The notes under the pieces: generated by a model
Told to the model about the DNA's origin: nothing
The model's database searches: none
The model's input: only the letters and a program-made list of their open reading frames with translations
DNA from: a virus
IMG/VR virus record: IMGVR_UViG_3300035670_011224
Coordinates: 88,430-152,429 of that record
Strand: one strand, 5' to 3'
DNA length: 64,000 nucleotides
In this document: positions 29,876-38,916 of the stretch, piece after piece
How positions within the stretch are numbered: position 1 is the first letter of the stretch
How the letters are laid out: each line of letters opens with the position of its first letter
Position numbers and translations under genes: made by a program

Positions 29876-30761
29876 TTATATCGTTACGGCAATTTATGAT
29901 AATTTATTTGGAACAGATCTTGGTGGTCGTCCAGCAAGAGGAGATCACTATCGACATAGTTTGAAATCTATTGCAAAAATTAATAATGCAAAATTCAAAA
30001 TTTTTACAGATGATGTTGATGGTATCAAAAATTTTATAGATACTAATATTACTAATATCACATATGATATATACAACTTTGATCTAAGAACCACAGAGTT
30101 TTCTGATAAAATTAACAAGATTAAAAATATAGAAGAAACTAAAAAATCTGTTAGATGTATAGAATTACAATATTCTAAATTATTATGGTTAGAATTAATT
30201 GCTAAAAATATAGATGATAATGATTATATTTTTTGGTTTGATGCTGGCTTATCTTATAGTGGTTTAATACCAGAAAAATATTTAGGAAAAAATACAGAAG
30301 GATATCATAGTTTTTATTATTATTCTAATTTATTTAATAATACTTTATTAGACAATATTATATCTTTCGCAGACGATAGCATCTTTTGTGTTGCTAAAGA
30401 CAATCTAAGATTTTTTTGGGACAATGGATTACCAGAAAAATGGTTTATTAATCATAAAAAAATAATAGATTATCATATAATAGGCGGTTTATTTGGAGGT
30501 AAATGTAAAAATGTTAAAATTTTATGTGAATATTTTCGTGATTTAGCTAATAAATTATTAGACAATGAAAATATATTATATAGTGAAGAAAATATATTAA
30601 CTACAATTTATTTTAATTATACTTATCTTTTTAAACCAAAATTTTTTGATATATGGTGGCATGAAAATAATATTTCTGGAGTAATGCCAAAAGAAGAAGG
30701 TTTGGAGCTTCTAAAAAGAGTTAGAAGTTTTTATAGAGTTTTAGAGGATTTTATAGAATAG
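29868..30761 (+). CDS. HtrL/YibB(WlaTC)-like putative glycosyltransferase
   Basis: IVTAIYD, YSKLLWL, FWFDAG, IGGLFGG, SEENIL. Confidence 0.7.
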   Translation: MSNYIVTAIYDNLFGTDLGGRPARGDHYRHSLKSIAKINNAKFKIFTDDVDGIKNFIDTNITNITYDIYNFDLRTTEFSDKINKIKNIEETKKSVRCIELQYSKLLWLELIAKNIDDNDYIFWFDAGLSYSGLIPEKYLGKNTEGYHSFYYYSNLFNNTLLDNIISFADDSIFCVAKDNLRFFWDNGLPEKWFINHKKIIDYHIIGGLFGGKCKNVKILCEYFRDLANKLLDNENILYSEENILTTIYFNYTYLFKPKFFDIWWHENNISGVMPKEEGLELLKRVRSFYRVLEDFIE

Positions 30762-31683
30762 GATATACTATACCGTATCCTTGGTATTTTTTTATAGACT
30801 CAAATCTATGGTCACGCAACGGTTTGCATGACTGCCTAAAGACCTGTATGTAGTCTTTACTAGTATTTAAAACATATTTTTTATTTACATTATTATAACT
30901 TAATAGTAATGAAGCTAATCCAACCACAAATGGATTGCTCATACTAGTTCCACTCATTTTAGCATATTTATTTCCTGGAATACATCCCATGATATTATGG
31001 CCTGGAGCTAAAAAATCTAAACTATCACCACTACAAGAAAAAGGTGTTCTTTGTAAGTTCTCATCAATTGCTCCTATAGCTATTGTATTTTCATATTTAG
31101 CCGGATACATAATATCAGCATCTGGACCACTATTTCCAGCAGCACAAAATATTATTTTACCTTTATTACTAGCATAATTTATAGCTTTTTCTATTTCTTT
31201 ATTTGGTCCAGACGATCCTAGGCTCATAGTTAAAAAATTAACTTGTGGCTGATCAGATACCCAATATATTCCTTCCACAATAGATCCAACGCCACCGTTT
31301 CCGTTGTCGCCCAATACTTTTACTGGCATAATTTTAGTTTTTGGAGCCACACCAACCATACCATATCCATTATTCGATGCTGCTATTGTTGATGAAACAT
31401 GGGTTCCATGACCATTACGATCAATAGGAAGATTATTTTTTTCAACAAAATTTTTACCTTCTATTAAATTTGATTTTATATCTGGGTGTTCCAAATCACA
31501 ACCCGTATCTAAAACAGCACACACAACTCCATCTCCTTCGCTTAATTTCCATGCATTTATAATATCAAATTTTTTAATTTCCCAACCCATTGTTTGTGGA
31601 TCAGTTGGAGATAATCCAAATAATGGCTCCGATACATATGGTAATAAACCTATTTTATTTTTTGAAAACCATTTTTTAAACAT
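30751..31683 (-). CDS. Subtilisin-like S8 serine protease
   Basis: VLDTG, NGHGTHV, AAGN, SGTSMS: full catalytic triad. Confidence 0.95.
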   Translation of the reverse strand: MFKKWFSKNKIGLLPYVSEPLFGLSPTDPQTMGWEIKKFDIINAWKLSEGDGVVCAVLDTGCDLEHPDIKSNLIEGKNFVEKNNLPIDRNGHGTHVSSTIAASNNGYGMVGVAPKTKIMPVKVLGDNGNGGVGSIVEGIYWVSDQPQVNFLTMSLGSSGPNKEIEKAINYASNKGKIIFCAAGNSGPDADIMYPAKYENTIAIGAIDENLQRTPFSCSGDSLDFLAPGHNIMGCIPGNKYAKMSGTSMSNPFVVGLASLLLSYNNVNKKYVLNTSKDYIQVFRQSCKPLRDHRFESIKKYQGYGIVYPIL

Positions 31684-31684
31684 T

Positions 31685-32443
31685 TTATTCTTTCATTAAT
31701 TCTTGTGTAGTATTTTCTATCCAGTCTTTATATACACTAACCCTTGTATGAGCGCTGACTGCTCCGTATTTTGATTTTCCTTTATTGATTTTGTCTTCTA
31801 TAACACCAGAATGTATACCGGCAAGATCATTTCCTATAAATAATCCACCACCACTATCTCCTGGAGCAATGATGAATTCTAATTCTGTTTTATCTGTTTT
31901 TACCGATGGCGAACAAAATAGCAAATACTCATTTACTGCATCAATTATATTTGATCCTGCTCTTTTTTTACTTTCTTTACTAGGTAATATTCCGGTAATA
32001 AATGTTCCTGTAGAACCATATCCGGCTAAAGAACATATTGATCCATTTTCTTTGTCATCTTTATATATATTCGGATACCAATCTAACCCTATATCTCCAG
32101 AAACCAAACAAATTGCTATATCATGTCTTCCAAATTTTTCGTAATCATAATCTTTATGAACTACTATTTTTTTAATTGGTAATAATTTTGTACTAAAAAT
32201 TACAACAGCGGTTTTATTGTTATGAAATATATGAGCAGCTGTTACAACTATATTATTTTTGTATGCTACTACGGATCCAGAGTACGGCGTGTCGTCTTGT
32301 TTCCTGCCTATTATCTGGCCAATATATGGAAATTTTGATCCATAATTTATGTATTTTTCATCTGGAGTATTAGGATCTATTGTGCCAGAAAAAGATAATG
32401 TTCCGTATACTATCGCTAATAATACCAAAAATATTTTTATCAT
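31685..32443 (-). CDS. Trypsin-like S1 serine protease with signal peptide
   Basis: TAAH, DIAI, GDSGG; hydrophobic N-terminus. Confidence 0.9.
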   Translation of the reverse strand: MIKIFLVLLAIVYGTLSFSGTIDPNTPDEKYINYGSKFPYIGQIIGRKQDDTPYSGSVVAYKNNIVVTAAHIFHNNKTAVVIFSTKLLPIKKIVVHKDYDYEKFGRHDIAICLVSGDIGLDWYPNIYKDDKENGSICSLAGYGSTGTFITGILPSKESKKRAGSNIIDAVNEYLLFCSPSVKTDKTELEFIIAPGDSGGGLFIGNDLAGIHSGVIEDKINKGKSKYGAVSAHTRVSVYKDWIENTTQELMKE

Positions 32444-32753
32444 AAAACTGACCCTTTAAGTTATAGGGTTTGTTAAGTACTTTTCTATAATACACCTCAC
32501 TATCCTCTATAACATTCTTATTCCAACTATTCCAATCCATAAAATGCCCAAATACAAAGTGGCATGTTTTACAAAGAGTTATTAAATTATTATAATCTAA
32601 TTCTTTTGTTTTATCTATACTTACTGGTATTATATGATGAACTTGTAAATTTTTATGTGTTCCACATGCCTGACAATGAGTTTGTTTATTTAGATGATTA
32701 TTTCTAACTGTTTTCCATTTTGATGATCTTGTAGATAATAGACTATATATCAT
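32370..32753 (-). CDS. HNH endonuclease
   Basis: CQACG..KNLQVHHI...NLITLCKTCH. Confidence 0.85.
   Translation of the reverse strand: MIYSLLSTRSSKWKTVRNNHLNKQTHCQACGTHKNLQVHHIIPVSIDKTKELDYNNLITLCKTCHFVFGHFMDWNSWNKNVIEDSEVYYRKVLNKPYNLKGQFYDKNIFGIISDSIRNIIFFWHNRS
32486..32496 (-). promoter_or_regulatory. GGTGTAW motif
   Basis: GGTGTATTATA 47 nt upstream of the trypsin-like ATG 32443. Confidence 0.45.
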
Positions 32754-32763
32754 CTTTATTGTG

Positions 32764-33771
32764 CTATAATACTTGAGAAGCTATTAGACACCCTTTTGCA
32801 ACAGCATGAAGAGGATCATCAGCATGGACCACTTCTTTTATTGGTAGTGGAAAATTATTTTCTATTAATTTTTTATGAAAAGTTTCTACATATCCTTTTG
32901 CTAGTGATGTTCCACCAGCTATAACTATTTTGAGAGGTTCTTTAAATTTTGGTAATGCTTTATGATTACTTAAAGCAACACTTAAATATTTTGTAGTATA
33001 ATCTATTAATCTATCATAATAAGAGCATACTGCTTCTAAAACAGGACTCTCATTAGTTTGACCAATTACATAATCCCCTTGTTCTTTTTCTGCCTGAACA
33101 ACACTATCTGGTTCTCCCATAGCAACAGATACCATACGATCTATCCAATCTCCTGATTTTGTTGTACTAAAAGTTACCGTTGGTTCTCCATTGAGCATAA
33201 CACAAACATTCGTCATACCGGCACCACAACTCACGCCTATTCCCGTATAATCACTGTCCTCCAACCCAGCATAACACAATGCTTCTGCTTCATTAATTGC
33301 TCTAGCATCATAACCCTGTTCTGCCAAAATACTTTTTACAACATCTTCGTGATATCCAACATCAAAATCATCATCCTCTTGATCTACTGGCTGTGCTGGT
33401 TTGCAGAATATTAGTTTTTCACCTGGCTTTGATGCTGTCCCGACTACTTCTTTTAGTATAAAAGCCAATACTTTTTTTGCTTCTTTTTCTTTTGATGAAA
33501 CAACACCTTTATACATTGGTCTTTTTGCGCTATCGTTTCTTTCAATAGCTTTTTCTATAGCATCTTTTCCTAATAGTATAAATGAATTATCACTATCTTT
33601 AATAAATATTTTACCGCTTAATCCTTTTTCGATCATTTTTGTTGCAACAGGAGTTGATGGTCTTATAACATAAAAAGCATCTCTAAACTCTTTATACTCT
33701 ATATTTTCGTTTGTATGTTTAGCGAGAACTATGTAACTTGTTCCCACATCTAACCCAACTCCATCACTCAT
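32764..33771 (-). CDS. Actin-like ATPase (MreB/MamK/ParM superfamily)
   Basis: GLDVGTS (phosphate 1), INEAEA (connect 1), SCGAGMTN (phosphate 2), GDWID, IAGGTS (adenosine), DPLHAVAKG. Confidence 0.88.
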   Translation of the reverse strand: MSDGVGLDVGTSYIVLAKHTNENIEYKEFRDAFYVIRPSTPVATKMIEKGLSGKIFIKDSDNSFILLGKDAIEKAIERNDSAKRPMYKGVVSSKEKEAKKVLAFILKEVVGTASKPGEKLIFCKPAQPVDQEDDDFDVGYHEDVVKSILAEQGYDARAINEAEALCYAGLEDSDYTGIGVSCGAGMTNVCVMLNGEPTVTFSTTKSGDWIDRMVSVAMGEPDSVVQAEKEQGDYVIGQTNESPVLEAVCSYYDRLIDYTTKYLSVALSNHKALPKFKEPLKIVIAGGTSLAKGYVETFHKKLIENNFPLPIKEVVHADDPLHAVAKGCLIASQVL

Positions 33772-33810
33772 AACAATCTCCTTTTAATAATTTATTTTTT
33801 ATGACCAATA

Positions 33811-33820
33811 TAAATACACC
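33811..33820 (-). promoter_or_regulatory. GGTGTAW motif
   Basis: GGTGTATTTA 43 nt upstream of ATG 33771. Confidence 0.55.
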
Positions 33821-33833
33821 TTAAATTATATCA

Positions 33834-34145
33834 TTATTCTTTTAGTTTTTTTAACTTACTTATAGAATTACTAATATTAGTGTCAGAAACAATAGTATTT
33901 CCTAAGTTATCATATTTTTTCTCTAAACTATTAGTATCAATTTTGCTAACAATTTTTTTCTCATCTATCTCAATTTTTTGAATAATATTTTTTTGTATAT
34001 CTTTTTGAGCTATATCGCCAGTATTTTTTGTGTCATATACTATATTAATCTTAGATATTTTTCCGATAAAATATCCTAATATAAAAGTTAAGATATTTAA
34101 TGTTAAAAATATTATTGTAATAATATAACTAATATCTAAATTCAT
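33834..34145 (-). CDS. Single-pass membrane protein
   Basis: N-terminal hydrophobic helix YIITIIFLTLNILTFILGYFIG. Confidence 0.65.
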   Translation of the reverse strand: MNLDISYIITIIFLTLNILTFILGYFIGKISKINIVYDTKNTGDIAQKDIQKNIIQKIEIDEKKIVSKIDTNSLEKKYDNLGNTIVSDTNISNSISKLKKLKE

Positions 34146-34993
34146 AATAATTCTTTTAATGGTCTAGAAAAATAAAGACTATAATCTGGATCATTCTCTA
34201 TACTCCAATATTCATTTTCTTGTCTTTGTATCCATCTTTCTAGATATTTAGGATTTTTACGAAAATGTTTCCAATTTCTATTTATTATGTATGCTGGTGA
34301 CGAATGAAACCAACTAACTATTGCTGCTCTATCAAAATTTGCTCCTATAAAACCATGAAAACTATTATGACTAATCTCAAACATGAATAATCTATTATTT
34401 TTAGGTTCTATTGTTTTTATAAGCTTTCCACCATAACCATCGTATATCCCGGTTCCTCCACCATTAGTACCAATATCATCATTATTGTTTAAATAATATA
34501 GCAATGCTATGCTTCTTATCATTTTAATACTATTGGTATTAACTATCGAATCATCGGTATATACGACACCGCCAGTTGTAATAAAAGAATCGTCTGTTGG
34601 CTTATTAGAAAAAGAACATATATTCATATCTCTATGTATGAATCCGTTTTTAGATGGAGCCTTATGAAAATGAGCAGAAGGTGAGATGAATTTAGATGTT
34701 TTTATATCAAATGTTTTTTCAATAAAATCTTGTAGTTGTTGAGAAGCAAAAAAATCATAACCATTTTTTAAATCTTGTAGACCTAGTCCGGATATATAAC
34801 CCTCGTAATCGCTTGTTGCCCCAGGCTGATCCTTATAAGGCTTGGTTCTTGCTATAAACTCTGGAAATTTTTTGCATAAAGATTCGTATATTTGTTTATT
34901 AAATAAATTGTCTATTATAACATAATTAAATGGATCATTGAATTTAGATATAGAAACATATTTAGATTCATAATGGTGTATATTATATTGCAT
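34142..34993 (-). CDS. 2OG-Fe(II) oxygenase (prolyl-hydroxylase-like)
   Basis: IHRD (HxD), RSIALLYYLN, GGGT, IEPKNNRLFMF, SFHG (distal His), R of DRAAI. Confidence 0.85.
   Translation of the reverse strand: MQYNIHHYESKYVSISKFNDPFNYVIIDNLFNKQIYESLCKKFPEFIARTKPYKDQPGATSDYEGYISGLGLQDLKNGYDFFASQQLQDFIEKTFDIKTSKFISPSAHFHKAPSKNGFIHRDMNICSFSNKPTDDSFITTGGVVYTDDSIVNTNSIKMIRSIALLYYLNNNDDIGTNGGGTGIYDGYGGKLIKTIEPKNNRLFMFEISHNSFHGFIGANFDRAAIVSWFHSSPAYIINRNWKHFRKNPKYLERWIQRQENEYWSIENDPDYSLYFSRPLKELL
34975..34986 (+). promoter_or_regulatory. GGTGTAW motif on the + strand
   Basis: GGTGTATATTAT about 32 nt upstream of ATG 35013, followed by an AGGAGAGG SD. Confidence 0.55.
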
Positions 34994-35012
34994 ATATTTA
35001 TTAGGAGAGGAT

Positions 35013-35342
35013 ATGGATAAGTTAGGTAAAATTTGGGGTTTTATCTCAAAAATTTTTTCTAATGATAATCTATCTATAGATCGTATAGAAATAATTAATA
35101 ATCAAAAATGCTCTAAACATCTTCACGAATATAAATATAATATGTTTTTTGTTGAATCTGGCAAGATAGTTGTTCATAGATGGGAGAACAATAATCTTAT
35201 TTCTACTGTACTAAATCAATACGATACAATCATAATATCTCCTAATATCTATCATCAATTTGAAGCTTTAGAAAATAGTATAGTCTATGAGATATATTAT
35301 ACTAAATTAAATGATAATGATATAATTAGAGATATAAAATAG
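35013..35342 (+). CDS. Cupin-domain protein (mannose-6-phosphate isomerase-like)
   Basis: KIWG, CSKHLH, FFVESG, IYHQF, YEI. Confidence 0.8.
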   Translation: MDKLGKIWGFISKIFSNDNLSIDRIEIINNQKCSKHLHEYKYNMFFVESGKIVVHRWENNNLISTVLNQYDTIIISPNIYHQFEALENSIVYEIYYTKLNDNDIIRDIK

Positions 35343-35351
35343 TTTATAAAA

Positions 35352-36257
35352 CTACAATGGTTTAATATGAAATCTATCAAGAATAGATTTTAGATTTCCT
35401 GTTCTTCTATCTATATTCAGTACCAATGCGCCAGCCAAAACTTTATCTATATTATTTTTTGTTGTATTTAGAGGATGCTTTCCGATAGATATTATCTTTT
35501 TTCCTAAAATTCCAGCTTCATATAAAGTAGTTGACGTTAGACCAATCACCAAGGAAGATGAGGCTGCTAACTCCATAAAAGATATTGACTTATCATTTAC
35601 TATTGAAATCCTGTCGGATGATACTAGTTTCGTATAATTATCATTCCATGATATAAAATATTTATTAAAATTATTTTTTGGATGTGTTTTAATTATAATT
35701 TTATATTTTGGATATTCTTTTATAACATCAACAATAAACTCATACATATTTTTATATTTGGTATAGTATAATATTTGACTATCATTTTCTATTTGTAAAG
35801 GTATAAGTATATAATTTTTATCGTCTATAGTATATTTTGATTGTAACAACGATCTTTGATAGTATAAATACTCTATATCAGAATTATTGATCCAAGATAA
35901 ATCATAATTTAAGATAGAATCTCCACAAAATCCCAAAGGATCAATAAAAAAATTATCAGATTGAGGAAGCATACCCCATTCTATGTAGCACTTAGGAATA
36001 TTTTTTTCATTACATAATTTAGTAATTAACGGACCATAGCATTGCATACCATTCCAAATCACTACAAAATTAGCATATTTTATTTGATTAACAAAATCCC
36101 AAAATACTGCTATTGGATATTTAATATTTTTTTGACTTAATTCCGATATGCCTTCATGTCTATACTCCAGTTCATATTCTAAAGCAAAGTTTTTTACTAA
36201 ATCTAACTCATAAGGCTGCTCATGTCCATGACCATAATGAATTAAAGTTTTTATCAT
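35352..36257 (-). CDS. KpsS/KpsC-like capsule polysaccharide glycosyltransferase
   Basis: VVIWNG, IEWGMLP, IDPLGF, IPLQIENDSQI, KTHP, STTLYEA. Confidence 0.75.
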   Translation of the reverse strand: MIKTLIHYGHGHEQPYELDLVKNFALEYELEYRHEGISELSQKNIKYPIAVFWDFVNQIKYANFVVIWNGMQCYGPLITKLCNEKNIPKCYIEWGMLPQSDNFFIDPLGFCGDSILNYDLSWINNSDIEYLYYQRSLLQSKYTIDDKNYILIPLQIENDSQILYYTKYKNMYEFIVDVIKEYPKYKIIIKTHPKNNFNKYFISWNDNYTKLVSSDRISIVNDKSISFMELAASSSLVIGLTSTTLYEAGILGKKIISIGKHPLNTTKNNIDKVLAGALVLNIDRRTGNLKSILDRFHIKPL

Positions 36258-36883
36258 GGTATCTGTAATATTTGATACTTATAGCAATTATTAATATTTA
36301 ATATTATGCCTAATAAGTATAAACTAAATTCTTTTACATATACACATCCATTACTTTGTGATGGTATATTATTGGTATTTTTCCAGTAAAAATTATTATC
36401 TCTATATTCGAACCTATTTGTATAGTCGTTGTGTCCGTAGATTGCACCCGGTCTAATTATGATAGAATCAATACTTAGTGATAGTACATATTTTTCTAAT
36501 TCTTTTTTATTGTAACAATACCAGTAGTAAGGATCATTCACATCTTGTTTGTTTAAAACATTATCATCTAGTACACTTTGAGTAGATATTAAAAGATATT
36601 TTTTACAGTTAATATACTGTATTGTGTTTTTATACTGTTCAACATTATAACATGAAAAATCTACCACTATATCAAAAAATTTATTCATAAGATTTGAACA
36701 AGACAATCCGTTGTTCCTATCGATATAGATATGTTCTAAATCTTTAAATATTGTTTTATTGGTTACTCCTCTATTTGCTAGTGATATATTAATATTAGTA
36801 TTTTGTATTGTTGTTTCCACAAAGTCTTTACCAACCATTTGTGTTCCGCCAAGAACTAGAATTTTTAAATTGCTATTATCCAA
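36254..36883 (-). CDS. NAD-dependent epimerase/dehydratase (SDR)
   Basis: ILVLGGTQMVG, NRG, YCYNK (YxxxK), IRPGAIYG. Confidence 0.8.
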   Translation of the reverse strand: MDNSNLKILVLGGTQMVGKDFVETTIQNTNINISLANRGVTNKTIFKDLEHIYIDRNNGLSCSNLMNKFFDIVVDFSCYNVEQYKNTIQYINCKKYLLISTQSVLDDNVLNKQDVNDPYYWYCYNKKELEKYVLSLSIDSIIIRPGAIYGHNDYTNRFEYRDNNFYWKNTNNIPSQSNGCVYVKEFSLYLLGIILNINNCYKYQILQIP

Positions 36884-38150
36884 TTATATCTCCTAAAATT
36901 TTACCATTATCAATAATTTTAACAGGTCTATTTCCTGGAGCTATTAGATGTTTATTATGATCAATACCTAATAGATTATATAGTGTGGCGCCCCAGTCCT
37001 CTACACTCACCGGATCGTCCTGTGGTTCGCTTGCTGTGTCGTTGCTGGAGCCGTATACCAGCCCTTTTTTAATTCCTCCCCCTGCCATGACTATAGAAAA
37101 AACACGCGGCCAATGATCTCGTCCAGCGGTTGGATTTATTTTTGGAGTACGACCAAATTCTGTGGCAACACAAACTAGTGTTGAATCTAATAGACCTTTT
37201 TCATCTAAATCGTTTATTAATGCAGAAAAAGCTTTGTCAAAAGATGGCAATTGACTGCCTATATTTAGCGCTATATTATCGTGATGATCCCATCCGCCAT
37301 AAGTTACATTCACGAATCTGACCCCGGCTTCTACCAATCTTCTGCTTAGTAGTAGCCTCATTCCCGCCGCAGTTTTACCATAAATTTCTTTGGTCTTATC
37401 GTCTTCTTTGTTAATATCGAATGCTTGTATAGCCTGAGACGAATTCATAATATTATAAGCATTTTGATAAAAAGAATTCATAGAATCCAAAGAGTCGGAC
37501 TTTTGCCTAACATTGAACTCTTTGTTGACTATTTCTAGCATCGCTTTTCTTTTATCAAATCTATTTACAGATATTCCATCTGGTAATGTTAAATCTCTAA
37601 CTTTAAAGTTTGGATCTTCTGGATTTCCACCAAGACTAAATGATGAATAACTATGACTAAGATATCCGGCACCAGCAAATTCATTAGGTACATTTGGTAC
37701 TGTTATATACGGAGGTAAATTATTCCTGACTCCTAATTGTTGACTGACTACTGATCCTAAACTTGGATACTGAATGGCTGGACTAGGACGATATCCAGTA
37801 AACATATTATTAGTTCCACGCTCATGTGCTGTTTCACTATGAGTCATGGATCTGATAATGCTAATTTTGTTCGCTATTTTTGCAGTTTCTGTTAAGTATT
37901 GACTAAAAAATATTCCAGGAATACTAGTTGATATACTATTTAAAGGACCCCTATAATCAACTGGACTATTCGGTTTTGGATCAAATGTTTCTTGATGAGC
38001 ATATCCACCAGGTAGATAAATATAAATCACTGACTGTGCTTTTGCTTCCTTCACAGAAGGTTCTTCTGCTCTTAATTTTAGGTAGTCTCCAAGATTTAGT
38101 CCTAGATATCCTAAAACACCCGTATTTACAAAGCCTCTTCTGTTAAACAT
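36876..38150 (-). CDS. DUF1501 family protein, Tat-exported (copy 1)
   Basis: MFNRRGFV; LPGGYAHQETFDPKP; RRLVEAGVRFV; GGWDHH; EFGRTP; GRDHWP. Confidence 0.92.
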   Translation of the reverse strand: MFNRRGFVNTGVLGYLGLNLGDYLKLRAEEPSVKEAKAQSVIYIYLPGGYAHQETFDPKPNSPVDYRGPLNSISTSIPGIFFSQYLTETAKIANKISIIRSMTHSETAHERGTNNMFTGYRPSPAIQYPSLGSVVSQQLGVRNNLPPYITVPNVPNEFAGAGYLSHSYSSFSLGGNPEDPNFKVRDLTLPDGISVNRFDKRKAMLEIVNKEFNVRQKSDSLDSMNSFYQNAYNIMNSSQAIQAFDINKEDDKTKEIYGKTAAGMRLLLSRRLVEAGVRFVNVTYGGWDHHDNIALNIGSQLPSFDKAFSALINDLDEKGLLDSTLVCVATEFGRTPKINPTAGRDHWPRVFSIVMAGGGIKKGLVYGSSNDTASEPQDDPVSVEDWGATLYNLLGIDHNKHLIAPGNRPVKIIDNGKILGDIIG

Positions 38151-38183
38151 AAATATCCTTTTCTAAGTAAAATTATTATCTCA

Positions 38184-38915
38184 CTAATTATTATAGAGAA
38201 AATCTCTAGCCAAACAATCTTCTTCTTGGTTTAAATTAAGATATATCTTATGTTCTTCAAATTTTCTATAATTATTAGCTATATCTGCTCTTCCACGAAG
38301 ACATTTAGCGTATAGTTCTTGCTCCGTTCTTGAAAAATAATGATTTAATTGAGCAATAGACCAGTTTGCGCTTTTTGTATATGCTCCGTGACACTTTTCT
38401 TTATCTAGATTACACCAAGTATTCAGAATATTATGAATACTAACACAGTTGTCAATTGGTAATTTGACTATTGATTTTATGTGTTTATTTGGAATAAAAT
38501 CTACTGAACTTTTTTTAATGAATCTTTTTAAGGTACTATATTCATTAGCAATAATTTTTTTAAGATTATTATCTCCAAAAAAAGCCCAGTTTATACCCAG
38601 AGCATCACATTCGGTATAATCTTTTAAAAACGAATTGATATTATTATGTTTTTTAAGGACTAAATATTCGTCTATATCAAAAAATGCAGCCCAATCATAT
38701 CCACTGGATTTATTTTTTACAAAATCGTTGTATGCATATAGTTGTTTACCGGAACCATTTACTGAAAAAATGGAAACTTTTTCATTGTCGGATTCATACA
38801 GCCAATCATTAGTATATATAAATATATGATCAAATCCTAGCTTAGTATGATATTTTATCCATTCATCAATATAATGGTCTTCATTTTTTGCTATGCATAC
38901 AATACAAGTATTCAT
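38184..38915 (-). CDS. GT92/GT2_4-like glycosyltransferase
   Basis: CIAKNE..YIDEWIKYH..LGFDHIFIY, FDIDEY, KSIV, LNHY. Confidence 0.85.
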   Translation of the reverse strand: MNTCIVCIAKNEDHYIDEWIKYHTKLGFDHIFIYTNDWLYESDNEKVSIFSVNGSGKQLYAYNDFVKNKSSGYDWAAFFDIDEYLVLKKHNNINSFLKDYTECDALGINWAFFGDNNLKKIIANEYSTLKRFIKKSSVDFIPNKHIKSIVKLPIDNCVSIHNILNTWCNLDKEKCHGAYTKSANWSIAQLNHYFSRTEQELYAKCLRGRADIANNYRKFEEHKIYLNLNQEEDCLARDFLYNN

Positions 38916-38916
38916 G

